From assembly GCA_028875225.1 (NCBI GenBank), contig JAPPFB010000021.1, positions 225,831 to 289,830 of the forward strand: a stretch of DNA of 64,000 nucleotides, read 5' to 3'. The position numbers and the translations under genes are program-made. This stretch comes from Chloroflexota bacterium. Its GTDB lineage: Bacteria; Chloroflexota; Dehalococcoidia; Bin125. The notes beneath the pieces are model-generated. The model did not search any database. It was not told the origin of the DNA and saw nothing but the letters and a program-made list of their open reading frames with translations. Shown here piece after piece: positions 48,101 through 56,695 of this stretch (positions are counted from its first letter, which is position 1; each line of letters begins with the position of its first letter).

Positions 48101-48502
48101 ACCTTCATCGCGATCGTGCTGCTCGCAGCGCTCGGCTTCCTAGTCGCCTCTGTGCTGGTGGCTCAGCAACAACAGGGCGAATTCGCCGTGCTCAGAACGA
48201 TGGGCTTCTCCCTGCCCCAGGTGTTGCTTGTCGTCGGGGTCGAGAAACTCTTGATCATTGCCGTCTCAATGGCGCTCGGTACCGCCGTCGGTCTGCAACT
48301 CGGCACGATGATGCTCGAGTTTGTCGGCTTCATCGAAACCGGCGAGTCCGTCCTCCCGCCATTCGTCACCGTCACCGACTGGGCCACGATCGGCGGCGCC
48401 TACGGAGTCCTGGGCCTTGTCTTCCTCGGCGCCATCGCCGTGATCGTCGCCCTCTACATGAGAATGACCATCGGCCAGATTCTTCGAATCGGCGCTGAGT
48501 AG
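45104..48502 (+). CDS. giant FtsX-domain ABC-type permease, paralog 2 (divergent from paralog 1)
   Basis: 1132 aa; N-terminus aligns with paralog 1 (..RRL..RLM.AVAVG..LAVALMASTTIYRNALQDL..). Confidence 0.75.
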   Translation: MGDIFSSFPTAFRIAVRRLNGNRRLMAAVAVGVILAVALMASTTIYRNALQDLGLQTDLRRVSDAELDVRILNAAHGLSSGLADQSFEVIDRRLRIPRDYISETNHSLTTATFFMTAVGETPPDEDPRDRARVLWFEGIRDHIELVDGQWPDPTPAATPDEPPIVDVAMGTEAAASGGFSLGQIRDIHASWRDDARPIQIRVVGLVRPIDYNDRYWGVRRDHFHVPVEKTDAFAFFAPRSTLIDAMAGYMPELRARLEAYAQVDRSAFVADDAGLAAIRFRAAFEAIAKEIERTRVETEIVNVLNDYETKEFFSSIPLLVLTLQIVGIVLFYLVLVSTMVVDRQSGEVALLKSRGAGLGHIMSISTIEGLLLVALALGVGPFVAREAIAFLGYSPAFEGLTGGARLSVELTGEVYIYAAIGAALSFIALIWPAWRSNRSTVVHHARSTSRPEDKPVFQRYYLDLVVVGVGALLFFQLQESGSLVTEDLFGGLQQDPLLLIAPAVFVVTVAVLFLRLFPLLLSAFGGVARLLGGASTQMVLWHLTRAPVQPGRLALLLIMATSLGMFGGTFGATLDKSFDDRAAYRSGAPMRLADLRSSGASADMLAADLANAPGIGRISYVIRQNASFSRGPLDVTDASVLGVDPDSFGDVLWYRDDFALDDVRELIDRVTAPEFEVEQIVIPADATYVGMWLWLPDTSGSIGPSLRMRDGQGRYRDVRLIGLPRSRGFGGGELEEGWRFLYGNLTEGTGAPHVGPWTVQNISIRTGGNANFSGEVGYDSLQYTTEAALPDDVINLGFREGVIVESFEEQGRWTVFTDTTRAGALPDDARLSPDQARDGEFGMRYRWNREVRSGLPRGVRLIGPDAALPVIVSRDFLTEAALDEGQLALVGMAGVYIPMQIVGAFDLFPTWDPEDARSLIIANRDYLNYRINRNPATLGAGSPNEIWIQPTDDDGLRQLRTFLEVTPPWKHDLYDVDAIRNLQDEDPLVAAGWEGLLFLTFIAIVLLAALGFLVASVLVAQQQQGEFAVLRTMGFSLPQVLLVVGVEKLLIIAVSMALGTAVGLQLGTMMLEFVGFIETGESVLPPFVTVTDWATIGGAYGVLGLVFLGAIAVIVALYMRMTIGQILRIGAE

Positions 48503-48508
48503 CCGGCC

Positions 48509-49948
48509 TCAGCCCCCGCCGCCTCCAGCGCCACCGCCACCACCGCTGCCGAGGCGCTCCTCAACCACATCTTGCTGCGGCGCCCAGCGGGCGGCCGCGC
48601 CGTTGATCACCACCGTGGCAGCGGCGCTCACCGCCGCAGAGGCCCTCGCCAACATGCTCTCCTCAACCAGTTCACCGTGCACGAAGGTGGAACGCAACCT
48701 CGGCATGCCCACGGCCCAGAGCAGCAAGGCGACAAAGAACAGGATCCCCGGAATGGTCAACAGATAGCGGACATTCACCACATCGGAAGCGAGGCCGTTG
48801 GCGAGGATCATCAGGGCCATGATCCCGCCCGCAAACATCGCATAGAGGCTCATCACCCGACCGCGAATCGCGTCCGGTACGACCGCCTGGATCATCACGC
48901 TCGACAGCGCCATAAACATCGCCTGGGTCGCGCCGACCAGCGCGGCGCCCAGGATCGCGATCGGCAAACTGCCGGCGAGTCCCAGGATCGGCATCAGGAT
49001 GCCGCTGGACAGGCCACAGAAGAGCATTAGCCGGCCTCGAATTGGCCCGGCGGGAACCATCGAGAGCGTCACGGTTGCCACCAGCGCCCCGCCCCCTACA
49101 CCCATCACCAGGTAGCCGTACTCATTCGCGCCGCCGTTGAGCACGTTCTTGGCAAACACGACCAGCAGCGCGTCGAACGACATCACCAGCATGCAGTGCA
49201 GCGCCGTCAGCGCAATCAGCATCCGCACCCCCCGAGCCCGTCCCAGGTAGGCCAGTCCTTCGCGAACGTGCGTCGCCGCGTCGCGGAGGATGCCCGACGT
49301 CGTCCCGGCCACGATCCCACCCGTCGAGCGGACCTTAATCCGGGTCATCTGCCAGACTGAAAGCGCCAGCAGGAATGACGCGCCCAGGAACACCCAGCCG
49401 GGCCCGAACTCGGCCAGCACCGGACCTGCCACCGGGCCAATCACGCGCGAGCCGAATTGCATCATCGAGGCCAGGGTGATCGCTGAGAGCAACGCCGCCA
49501 TCTTGACCGTGTTGGGCAGCAGCGCCGCCTGAGCCGGCATCTCGGCGGAACGGATGATCCCCGAGAGCGCCGTCACCAGAATCAGGTTCCAGAGCGCGAT
49601 CTCGCCGGTGAAGGCCAGGACGGCCAGGGCGAGTGCCAGGATCCCGGCGCCAATCCGGCTGAGCATCACCACCCGTGCGCGGTCAAAGCGGTCCGCCAGC
49701 GCGCCGCCGATCGGAGCCAGCACCCACGGGCCAATCGCGGCGAAGTACACCACCCCGACCGCCCAGCCGCTGTTCGTCAGGTCCCCCGCGAGCCAGCCCC
49801 GAGCCGTGATCAACGCCCACAGGGAAATCGCCGATAGGCCCGCCGCATAGAACAGCTTGCGGTACTCAAGCGACTCCATCGCCGGGAACAACCGCAGCAG
49901 GCGCCCGGGCTCCTGAGTCCCTGGCTCCATGTTCCTCAGTTGCGACAT
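48509..49948 (-). CDS. MFS transporter (EntS/MFS_3-like) with C-terminal poly-Gly tail
   Basis: 12-TM profile; ...ALADRFDRARVV...; ends GSGGGGGAGGGGG. Confidence 0.8.
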   Translation of the reverse strand: MSQLRNMEPGTQEPGRLLRLFPAMESLEYRKLFYAAGLSAISLWALITARGWLAGDLTNSGWAVGVVYFAAIGPWVLAPIGGALADRFDRARVVMLSRIGAGILALALAVLAFTGEIALWNLILVTALSGIIRSAEMPAQAALLPNTVKMAALLSAITLASMMQFGSRVIGPVAGPVLAEFGPGWVFLGASFLLALSVWQMTRIKVRSTGGIVAGTTSGILRDAATHVREGLAYLGRARGVRMLIALTALHCMLVMSFDALLVVFAKNVLNGGANEYGYLVMGVGGGALVATVTLSMVPAGPIRGRLMLFCGLSSGILMPILGLAGSLPIAILGAALVGATQAMFMALSSVMIQAVVPDAIRGRVMSLYAMFAGGIMALMILANGLASDVVNVRYLLTIPGILFFVALLLWAVGMPRLRSTFVHGELVEESMLARASAAVSAAATVVINGAAARWAPQQDVVEERLGSGGGGGAGGGGG

Positions 49949-50011
49949 CGATTGACTCCGCTCTCCGACAGACCATGCGGCAACGTCTGGCCGCCTGCTC
50001 GGCGCTGCGGG

Positions 50012-51427
50012 CTAGTCGCCGCCGCCCAGCTGTTCCTCCACCACGCTCCGTTGCGGGGCCGGACGCGACGCCAGGACCACGGGCCGCAGCGCAGCGGAAG
50101 CCGTGGCCGCCGCCTGCCGTGCCACCTCACGCGCCATCCGCCGGCCCTCTTCGACGAGTTCGCCGTTGCGAATCACTGACCGGATCCCCGGGAGGACCAA
50201 TGCGATCAGCATGATCGCGGCGAAGATAAAGCCGGGCGCAACCAACAGCAGACGAATGCTGATGTAATCCGCCGCCAGCCCATTGACCAGGATCATCACC
50301 GCCATGATCCCACCCGCGAACATCATGTAGAGGCTCATCACGCGACCGCGCACGGAATCGGGCAGAACAGCCTGGATCATGGCGCTGGTCAGGACCATAA
50401 ACATCGCCTGACTTGCCCCCGCAATCACGCTGCCGATTAGCGCCAACAGCAACGAATCCACCAATCCGACCCAGACCAGGGAAAGCCCCGAAACGATCCC
50501 CGCGACGATGAAGACACGCCCGCGGATTGCGCCAATCGGCAACATCGACAATCCCACCGACGAAATCAGCGCCCCGCTGCCGAGCGCCATCAGCAGGTAT
50601 CCGTACTCCGACTGCCCGCCGCCCAGGATCAGGTCCGCGTAGGCCGGCAACAGCGAGAAGTCGAAGGCCATCGTGAACATGCAGTGCAACGAGACCATGA
50701 TGATCATCAACCGCACTGACGGCGTACGACCGAGATAGCGCAATCCATCGCGAATATGTCCGACGGTGTCGCGAAGCAGTCCGCCCGTATGACCCGCGAT
50801 GCCACCCGTCGATCGAGTAGTCATCCGGGTCATTTGCAGAATCGACAGCATCAGGAACAACGCCGCCCCGACGAACACCCACTCGGCGCCGAATGCTTGC
50901 AGAACTGGACCCGCAACCGGGCCGATCACCTTAGACCCGAACTGCATCATCGAGGCCATCGTGACCGCGCTCAACAAGGCATGCAGCTTGACCGTGTTCG
51001 GCAACAGCGCCTGCAGCGCCGGCATCTCTCCGGAGCGAATGATGCCGGAGATCAACGTGATGATGACCAGATTCCAAATTGTCAACTGACCGCTAAACGC
51101 CAGGAAGGCAAGTCCGAGCGCGCACAGTGCCGCCCCGCAGCGGCAGATAATCACGATCCTGGCGCGATCGAAGCGGTCCGCCAGCGCGCCCGCGAACGGC
51201 GCCAGCACCCATGGAAAGATCGCCGCAAAGGTGACGATCCCGGTGCCCGATGGATTGCCGGTCAGCTCATAGCCCAACCAGCCGCTGGCGACGATCATCG
51301 CCCACAGGGAAACGGAGGACAGCCCCGCCGCGTAGAACATGCGGCGGTACTCGAGATACTGCATCGCCGGGAAGATGCGGAGTAGGAACCCTTGCGGTCT
51401 GGCCTCGACCTCGGTCTGTTGACTCAT
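50012..51427 (-). CDS. MFS transporter, tandem paralog of 48509..49948
   Basis: Collinear similarity throughout (LRIFPAMQYLEYRRMFYAAGLS...). Confidence 0.8.
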   Translation of the reverse strand: MSQQTEVEARPQGFLLRIFPAMQYLEYRRMFYAAGLSSVSLWAMIVASGWLGYELTGNPSGTGIVTFAAIFPWVLAPFAGALADRFDRARIVIICRCGAALCALGLAFLAFSGQLTIWNLVIITLISGIIRSGEMPALQALLPNTVKLHALLSAVTMASMMQFGSKVIGPVAGPVLQAFGAEWVFVGAALFLMLSILQMTRMTTRSTGGIAGHTGGLLRDTVGHIRDGLRYLGRTPSVRLMIIMVSLHCMFTMAFDFSLLPAYADLILGGGQSEYGYLLMALGSGALISSVGLSMLPIGAIRGRVFIVAGIVSGLSLVWVGLVDSLLLALIGSVIAGASQAMFMVLTSAMIQAVLPDSVRGRVMSLYMMFAGGIMAVMILVNGLAADYISIRLLLVAPGFIFAAIMLIALVLPGIRSVIRNGELVEEGRRMAREVARQAAATASAALRPVVLASRPAPQRSVVEEQLGGGD

Positions 51428-51553
51428 CCGCGCAGCCTTCGCTCAATGCTCCGCATGTTACGGCCTCTCGCACCGTCGTGACTAGCCGCTGCTCGACCGA
51501 CAGCTACGCTATCGGCGATACCGCAGTCCATCCCATCCAGAGCAGGCAGTCAC

Positions 51554-53236
51554 ATGACCTCGCAAGACCACCTCCGCGAACGCTCCAGCGTCCTCGTCGA
51601 CGGCCCCAGTCGCGCCGCCGCCCGATCTCAGTTGTACTCCGTCGGCTACGACGATGAAGCCCTTGCCAAACCGTTGGTCATGGTCGCCCACAACTGGATC
51701 GGCACCATGCCCTGCAACTTCTCCCACCGCGAGCTCGCCCAGGACGTGATGCGCGGCATCCGCGAGGCCGGCGGCACCCCGATGGAGGTGAACACCGTCT
51801 CCATCTCCGATGGCATCACCATGGGCACCGAGGGCATGAAAGCCTCGCTCATCTCCCGCGAAATCATCACCGACTCGATCGAACTCTGCGCCGTCGGCTA
51901 CGCCTTCGACGCCGCCGTCGTCATCTGCGGCTGCGACAAGACCATCCCCGCCGCCGCCATGGCCATGGCCCGGATCAACATCCCTTCCGTCGCGCTGTAC
52001 TCAGGCTCCATCGCCCCCGGACGCCACCACGACGGCCGCGGCCTCACGATCCAGGACGTCTTCGAAGCCGTCGGCCAGCACTCGGCCGGCACGATCGACG
52101 ACGACGAGCTGCACCAGGTCGCACTCAACGCCTGTCCCGGCGCCGGTGCCTGCGGAGCGCAGTACACCGCCAACACCATGGCCACCACGCTCGAGTTTCT
52201 CGGCCTCTCGCCGATGGGCTCCGCCACCGTCGGCGCCACCGACCCGCGCAAGCACAACGTCGGCGAGGCCGCCGGCCAGCTCGTCATGGACGTCCTCCGC
52301 CGCGGGGTCAAACCGCGCGACATCCTCACTCGTGAAGCCTTCGAGAACGGCATCGCCTGCGCCGCCTCGACCGGCGGCTCGACCAACGTCGTCCTCCACC
52401 TGCTCGCCCTGGCCCGCGAGGCGGGCGTCGAACTCAGCATCGACGACTTCGACGAAATCTCCGAGCGCACCCCGCTCATCGGCGACCTCCGCCCCGGCGG
52501 CCGCTACGTCGCGCTCGACATGGACCGCGCCGGCGGCACTCCGCTGCTGGCCAAACGACTACTGGAAGCCGACAAGCTCCACGGCGACGCCACAACCGTC
52601 ACCGGACAGACCATCGCCGAGGCCGCCGCCGACGCCCAGGAAACGCCCGGCCAGGACGTGATCCTGCCCGTCGACCAGGCGCTCAAGGAGACCGGCGGCC
52701 TCGTCATCCTCAAGGGCTCGCTCGCCCCGGACGGCTGCGTCGTCAAGGTCGCCGGCTACGAGCGTCAGCTCCAGACCGGCCCCGCCCGAGTCTTCGAGCG
52801 TGAGGAAGACGCGATGGACGCCGTCACCCATAACCGGATCAACGCCGGCGACATTGTCGTCATCCGTTACGAGGGTCCCAAGGGAGGCCCGGGCATGAGA
52901 GAAATGCTCGGCGTCACCGCCGCCATCGTCGGAGCCGGACTGGGCGAGTCCGTCGCCCTGCTCACCGACGGCCGCTTCTCCGGAGCGACCCGAGGCCTGA
53001 TGGCCGGCCACGTCGCCCCCGAAGCCTACATTGGCGGCCCCATCGCCCTGGTTGAAGAGGGCGACCAGATCACCCTCGACATCGCCAACCGCGAACTCAA
53101 CCTCGACGTCGACGACGCCGAGCTCGCCCGCCGCCGAGCCAACTGGACTCCACCATCCCCCAACTACGCCAACGGAGTCTTCGCCAAGTACGCCACCCTC
53201 GTCTCCGGAGCCGAACGCGGAGCCGTCACGAGCTAG
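51554..53236 (+). CDS. ilvD: dihydroxy-acid dehydratase (IlvD/EDD family)
   Basis: CDKTIP Fe-S motif, ...[12 protein letters not shown]...; 560 aa. Confidence 0.8.
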   Translation: MTSQDHLRERSSVLVDGPSRAAARSQLYSVGYDDEALAKPLVMVAHNWIGTMPCNFSHRELAQDVMRGIREAGGTPMEVNTVSISDGITMGTEGMKASLISREIITDSIELCAVGYAFDAAVVICGCDKTIPAAAMAMARINIPSVALYSGSIAPGRHHDGRGLTIQDVFEAVGQHSAGTIDDDELHQVALNACPGAGACGAQYTANTMATTLEFLGLSPMGSATVGATDPRKHNVGEAAGQLVMDVLRRGVKPRDILTREAFENGIACAASTGGSTNVVLHLLALAREAGVELSIDDFDEISERTPLIGDLRPGGRYVALDMDRAGGTPLLAKRLLEADKLHGDATTVTGQTIAEAAADAQETPGQDVILPVDQALKETGGLVILKGSLAPDGCVVKVAGYERQLQTGPARVFEREEDAMDAVTHNRINAGDIVVIRYEGPKGGPGMREMLGVTAAIVGAGLGESVALLTDGRFSGATRGLMAGHVAPEAYIGGPIALVEEGDQITLDIANRELNLDVDDAELARRRANWTPPSPNYANGVFAKYATLVSGAERGAVTS

Positions 53237-53243
53237 GAACAAA

Positions 53244-53290
53244 GAGCTCCCCCTCCGGGGGAGCTGTCGCGAAGCGACTGAGGGGGCTCG
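53244..53290 (+). repeat. REP-like structured repeat, copy F (hairpin 2 re-paired as GTCGC-GAA-GCGAC)
   Basis: gagctccccctccgggggagctgtcgcgaagcgactgagggggctcg. Confidence 0.75.
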
Positions 53291-53385
53291 CCCGCAATCC
53301 TCGTCATACCCGCGCCTGCCGCGGGTATCTCGCCGCGAACAGCACAGCCGTCGACCGGGATTACCAGGCATCGCCGCGCGGACCG

Positions 53386-53979
53386 TCACCAACCCCGACG
53401 TCGCCGACGCCTTCTCCTCCGACCACCCGAACTCGACGCCGACGCCTTCAACATCGCGACCAACACCGCTCCGAACAGCTTGAACATCCCGCCGACCAGA
53501 ATCACCCACGGCGACTCCGCCGCCTCCCGACGCTGCTTCTGCTGCGCACGCTTCGCCCGTCGATGATCCCACGGCTTGACTGATCCCTGCTGTCCCCAGA
53601 CCCCCACCCGCTCGCGCCTAGCATAACGCTCGGAGTCGTCGAAGCCAAGCTCCGCCCCGCCGTACTCGCGATACCAGTACGCCAGGCCCGACTCGACCAT
53701 CGCGTGATTGGCCGAGTCGCGAACCGATCCACCCTCTGGATACAGCACCCCGACCAACCGCTGATAGCGATCGACGTCAACCACCCGTAACCGCCACTCC
53801 CTGCGACTCCGAACGACCCGTCGCAGATGGTCGTGCGAATCACGCCCCGCCCGCTGATCCTTCTCCGGCGCGTCGATGCCATACATCCGAACCGAGTACT
53901 CGTCACCACCAGGCAGTCGCACCTTGACCGAGTCCCCGTCAATCACCCGTACCACGTGGACCGGATAGTCATCAGCCAT
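53386..53979 (-). CDS. thermonuclease (staphylococcal nuclease, SNc) homolog with C-terminal TM helix and poly-Arg tail
   Basis: VVRVIDGDSVKV...VRMYGIDAPE SNase motifs; C-terminal WVILVGGMFKLFGAVLVAMLKA then RRRRRRRRRGW. Confidence 0.65.
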   Translation of the reverse strand: MADDYPVHVVRVIDGDSVKVRLPGGDEYSVRMYGIDAPEKDQRAGRDSHDHLRRVVRSRREWRLRVVDVDRYQRLVGVLYPEGGSVRDSANHAMVESGLAYWYREYGGAELGFDDSERYARRERVGVWGQQGSVKPWDHRRAKRAQQKQRREAAESPWVILVGGMFKLFGAVLVAMLKASASSSGGRRRRRRRRRGW

Positions 53980-54011
53980 AACGGGAGGATACCTGCGGTA
54001 CGATCTCCGCC

Positions 54012-54803
54012 ATGACTCGACTTCAGATCGCCCCCGACCTCTCCCTCGATATCGCAGACCACGGCGACGGCCCACTCGTCATGCTGATCGCCGGCGGCAT
54101 GATGGACATGGACCAGTGGGCGCCCGTCGCCGACACGCTCTGCAATTCGCACCGCGTCGTCCGCTACGACCAGCGAGGCATCGGCGAGTCCGACCAGCCG
54201 ACCGATGGCTACACCGTCGACCAGTTCGCCCAGGACGCCGTCAACCTGATCAAGACGCTCGACGCCGGCCCGGCCGTCTTGATCGGCAACTCGCTCGGCG
54301 GAACCGTTGCCATGGGCGCCGCCTTCGCTGCGCCCGAGCTCGTTCGAGGCATCGTCACCTGCGCCGCGAACGCTGGACCCACCGGCCCGCCGACGCCTCC
54401 CGAGACGATGCAGCACATGATGCGCGGCGCACAGCTCCCCGTCCCTCAGGCCGCCGCTGCGATGATGGACATCCTCTTCGCCACTGACTTCATCGACGAG
54501 CACCCAGACATGCTCGACGAGGCCGTCGAAAAGCGAAGCAAGGGCGCTCCGATGATCGCCACCCTCGGCCCGCTGCAGTCCGTCCTGACCTTCGACCCCA
54601 TCGAACGCCTCAAGTCACTAGACATCCCCATGCTCGTCCTCCACGGAGAAGAGGACGTCCTCGTCCTCCCCGACCACGCCCAACTCCTCGCCGACGCCGC
54701 CGGGACCACCGCACAACTCATCCCCAACGCCGGCCACGCCCTCGTCGTCGAGCAATCGGATGCCGTCGCCGAAGCGCTGTCGGAATTCCTCGCCTCTCTC
54801 TAA
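54012..54803 (+). CDS. alpha/beta hydrolase
   Basis: GNSLGG nucleophile elbow; HG... and C-terminal His. Confidence 0.85.
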   Translation: MTRLQIAPDLSLDIADHGDGPLVMLIAGGMMDMDQWAPVADTLCNSHRVVRYDQRGIGESDQPTDGYTVDQFAQDAVNLIKTLDAGPAVLIGNSLGGTVAMGAAFAAPELVRGIVTCAANAGPTGPPTPPETMQHMMRGAQLPVPQAAAAMMDILFATDFIDEHPDMLDEAVEKRSKGAPMIATLGPLQSVLTFDPIERLKSLDIPMLVLHGEEDVLVLPDHAQLLADAAGTTAQLIPNAGHALVVEQSDAVAEALSEFLASL

Positions 54804-54885
54804 CCACTGCTCAACGCGACCTGTAGGGGCAGCCCTTGTGGCTGCCCGTCACACATGCCAGCCAGCGGGCTACAGAAGCGCGGGC

Positions 54886-56268
54886 CTACACCTCAAGCTC
54901 CGGACGCTGCATGATCCAGTCCGTCGACTGCTCATACGCATGCGCCACCCGACAGACCGTCGCCTCGTCGAAGTGCCGACCACCGATCATCAAGCCAATC
55001 GGCATCCCGTTGCGGTCATACCCACAGGGAATCGAGATCGCCGGAATGCCGGTCACGTCGTACGGAGCCGTCAATCGGGCCAGTTCCGCCGTCGGATCGC
55101 CATCCTCGATTGACGGCGCTGTCCGAGAGCATGTCGGCGAGATCAACACGTCTACGTCCTGCAACACCTCAACCGTTTCGTCGATGAATCTGCGACGCAG
55201 CCGCTGGTCGTTGATGTAATCCACGGCCGTCACCGACAGCCCGGCCTCAACCCGCTCGAGAATGTCGCCATACTCATCCCGCCGCTCCCGCAGCCACTTG
55301 GCGTGATAGGCCGCGGCCTCGGCGATGATCGTCAGCCCCCGCGGACGATCGGTCTGCAGTGGCATCTCGACCTCGGTCACCGTCGCGCCCATGCTGCGCA
55401 GGTGATCGACTGCGATCTCGCAGTGCTCGACCACATCCTCCTCACAGCCCTGCCAGAGCATCTGACGCGGTATCCCAATCCGAATGCCGTCCACGCCTTC
55501 GACCAGCGTCTCGGTGCAGTCGCCAACCGGCACGTCCGCGCTACCCGGATCCTCCGCGTCGTAGCCCGCGATCGCATTCAGCACCAGCCCGGCGTCTTCG
55601 ACCGTCTTCGTCAGCGGACCGACATGGTCCAGGGTCCACGACAGCGGCAGCACGCCCCGTCGCGAGACCCGGCCGTACGTCCCCATCAGACCGGTCACAC
55701 CACACACGCTGGCCGGAATCCGGATGCTGCCGCCCGTATCCGAGCCCAGCGCCCCCAGCGACGATCCCACAGCCACCGACGCGCCCGAACCGCCGCTGCT
55801 TCCGCCCGGCACCTTCTCCAGATCCCACGGATTGTGCACCGCGCCGTAGTGCGGATTCCGGCTGGTCGTGCCAAACGCAAACTCGTGCAGATTCAGTTTG
55901 CCCGGCATCACCGCGCCGGCCTCTTTCAGCTTCCTGTACACCACCGCATCCGTGTCGGGAATGCGGTCGCGTAGGAATCCACCGCCGCCGGTCGTCGCAA
56001 TGCCCGCCGTATTGACGAGGTCCTTCAGCGCCACCGGAATCCCGTGCAGAGGCCCCAGGTCGCGCCCGTCTCGCAACAGATCGTCCGCTGCCGACGCCTG
56101 CTCGCGCGCTAGCTCGGCGGTGACCGTGATGTACGCGTTGAGCAGCGGCTCGGTCGCCTCCAGCCTGGCAAGCACCGATTCAGTCAGCTCAACAGCCGTG
56201 AGCGTGCCGTCGCGCAGCGCGACCCCGGCCTCGACGATCGAGAGGTCATACGGCTCACGATGATCCAT
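54886..56268 (-). CDS. amidase (amidase-signature family, GatA-like)
   Basis: GGSSGGSGA...GSDTGGSIRIPA AS signature; K..S..S triad context. Confidence 0.9.
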   Translation of the reverse strand: MDHREPYDLSIVEAGVALRDGTLTAVELTESVLARLEATEPLLNAYITVTAELAREQASAADDLLRDGRDLGPLHGIPVALKDLVNTAGIATTGGGGFLRDRIPDTDAVVYRKLKEAGAVMPGKLNLHEFAFGTTSRNPHYGAVHNPWDLEKVPGGSSGGSGASVAVGSSLGALGSDTGGSIRIPASVCGVTGLMGTYGRVSRRGVLPLSWTLDHVGPLTKTVEDAGLVLNAIAGYDAEDPGSADVPVGDCTETLVEGVDGIRIGIPRQMLWQGCEEDVVEHCEIAVDHLRSMGATVTEVEMPLQTDRPRGLTIIAEAAAYHAKWLRERRDEYGDILERVEAGLSVTAVDYINDQRLRRRFIDETVEVLQDVDVLISPTCSRTAPSIEDGDPTAELARLTAPYDVTGIPAISIPCGYDRNGMPIGLMIGGRHFDEATVCRVAHAYEQSTDWIMQRPELEV

Positions 56269-56269
56269 T

Positions 56270-56482
56270 TCAGTCCTCCGCTCCGCCGCGCAGATCGCCG
56301 ACGTCGTAGCGCAGCCCTATTGCGGGCTCAGTTTCGCCCAGGTCGGGCAGCGGATCAGTCCGCAACGCGTTCTTCAGCGTGCGCGTCACGATCGGCAGCG
56401 CCCGCTCCAGATCTGCTTCGCTCGCAGACGCGCCGAGCGACTCGGCCAGCGCCGCCAGCGCTTCCAATGGTGAGTCAGCCAT
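56270..56482 (-). CDS. small (70 aa) protein translationally coupled upstream of amidase; possible GatC/AtzG-like partner subunit
   Basis: Stop 1 nt from amidase ATG; helical acidic sequence with ...DPLPDLGETEPA tail reminiscent of the GatC C-terminus; ATG at 56482. Confidence 0.4.
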   Translation of the reverse strand: MADSPLEALAALAESLGASASEADLERALPIVTRTLKNALRTDPLPDLGETEPAIGLRYDVGDLRGGAED

Positions 56483-56523
56483 ACCCGCTCCTCTCCCGCT
56501 CAATGCGTGGCGCGTCCCACAGT

Positions 56524-56610
56524 TGTCATTCCCAGCTCTGCTGGGAATCTCGTTCCCCTCTGCGCCAACCTCGACATGCGAGATTCCCAGACAAGCTGGG
56601 AATGACACAA
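56524..56610. repeat. composite inverted repeat: two about 28-nt hairpin-forming palindromes (GTCATTCCCAGCTnTGnCTGGGAATCTCG) in inverted orientation separated by 26 nt
   Basis: ttgtcattcccagctctgctgggaatctcg ... cgagattcccagacaagctgggaatgacaca; lies in divergent promoter region. Confidence 0.75.
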
Positions 56611-56695
56611 AGGCAGAAACGAGCGATTTCGGCGCCATTCTACGATGCTGCTCCTATCCTGACCTGGAATGAGACCGCCGTAAGGAGCCCAACCG

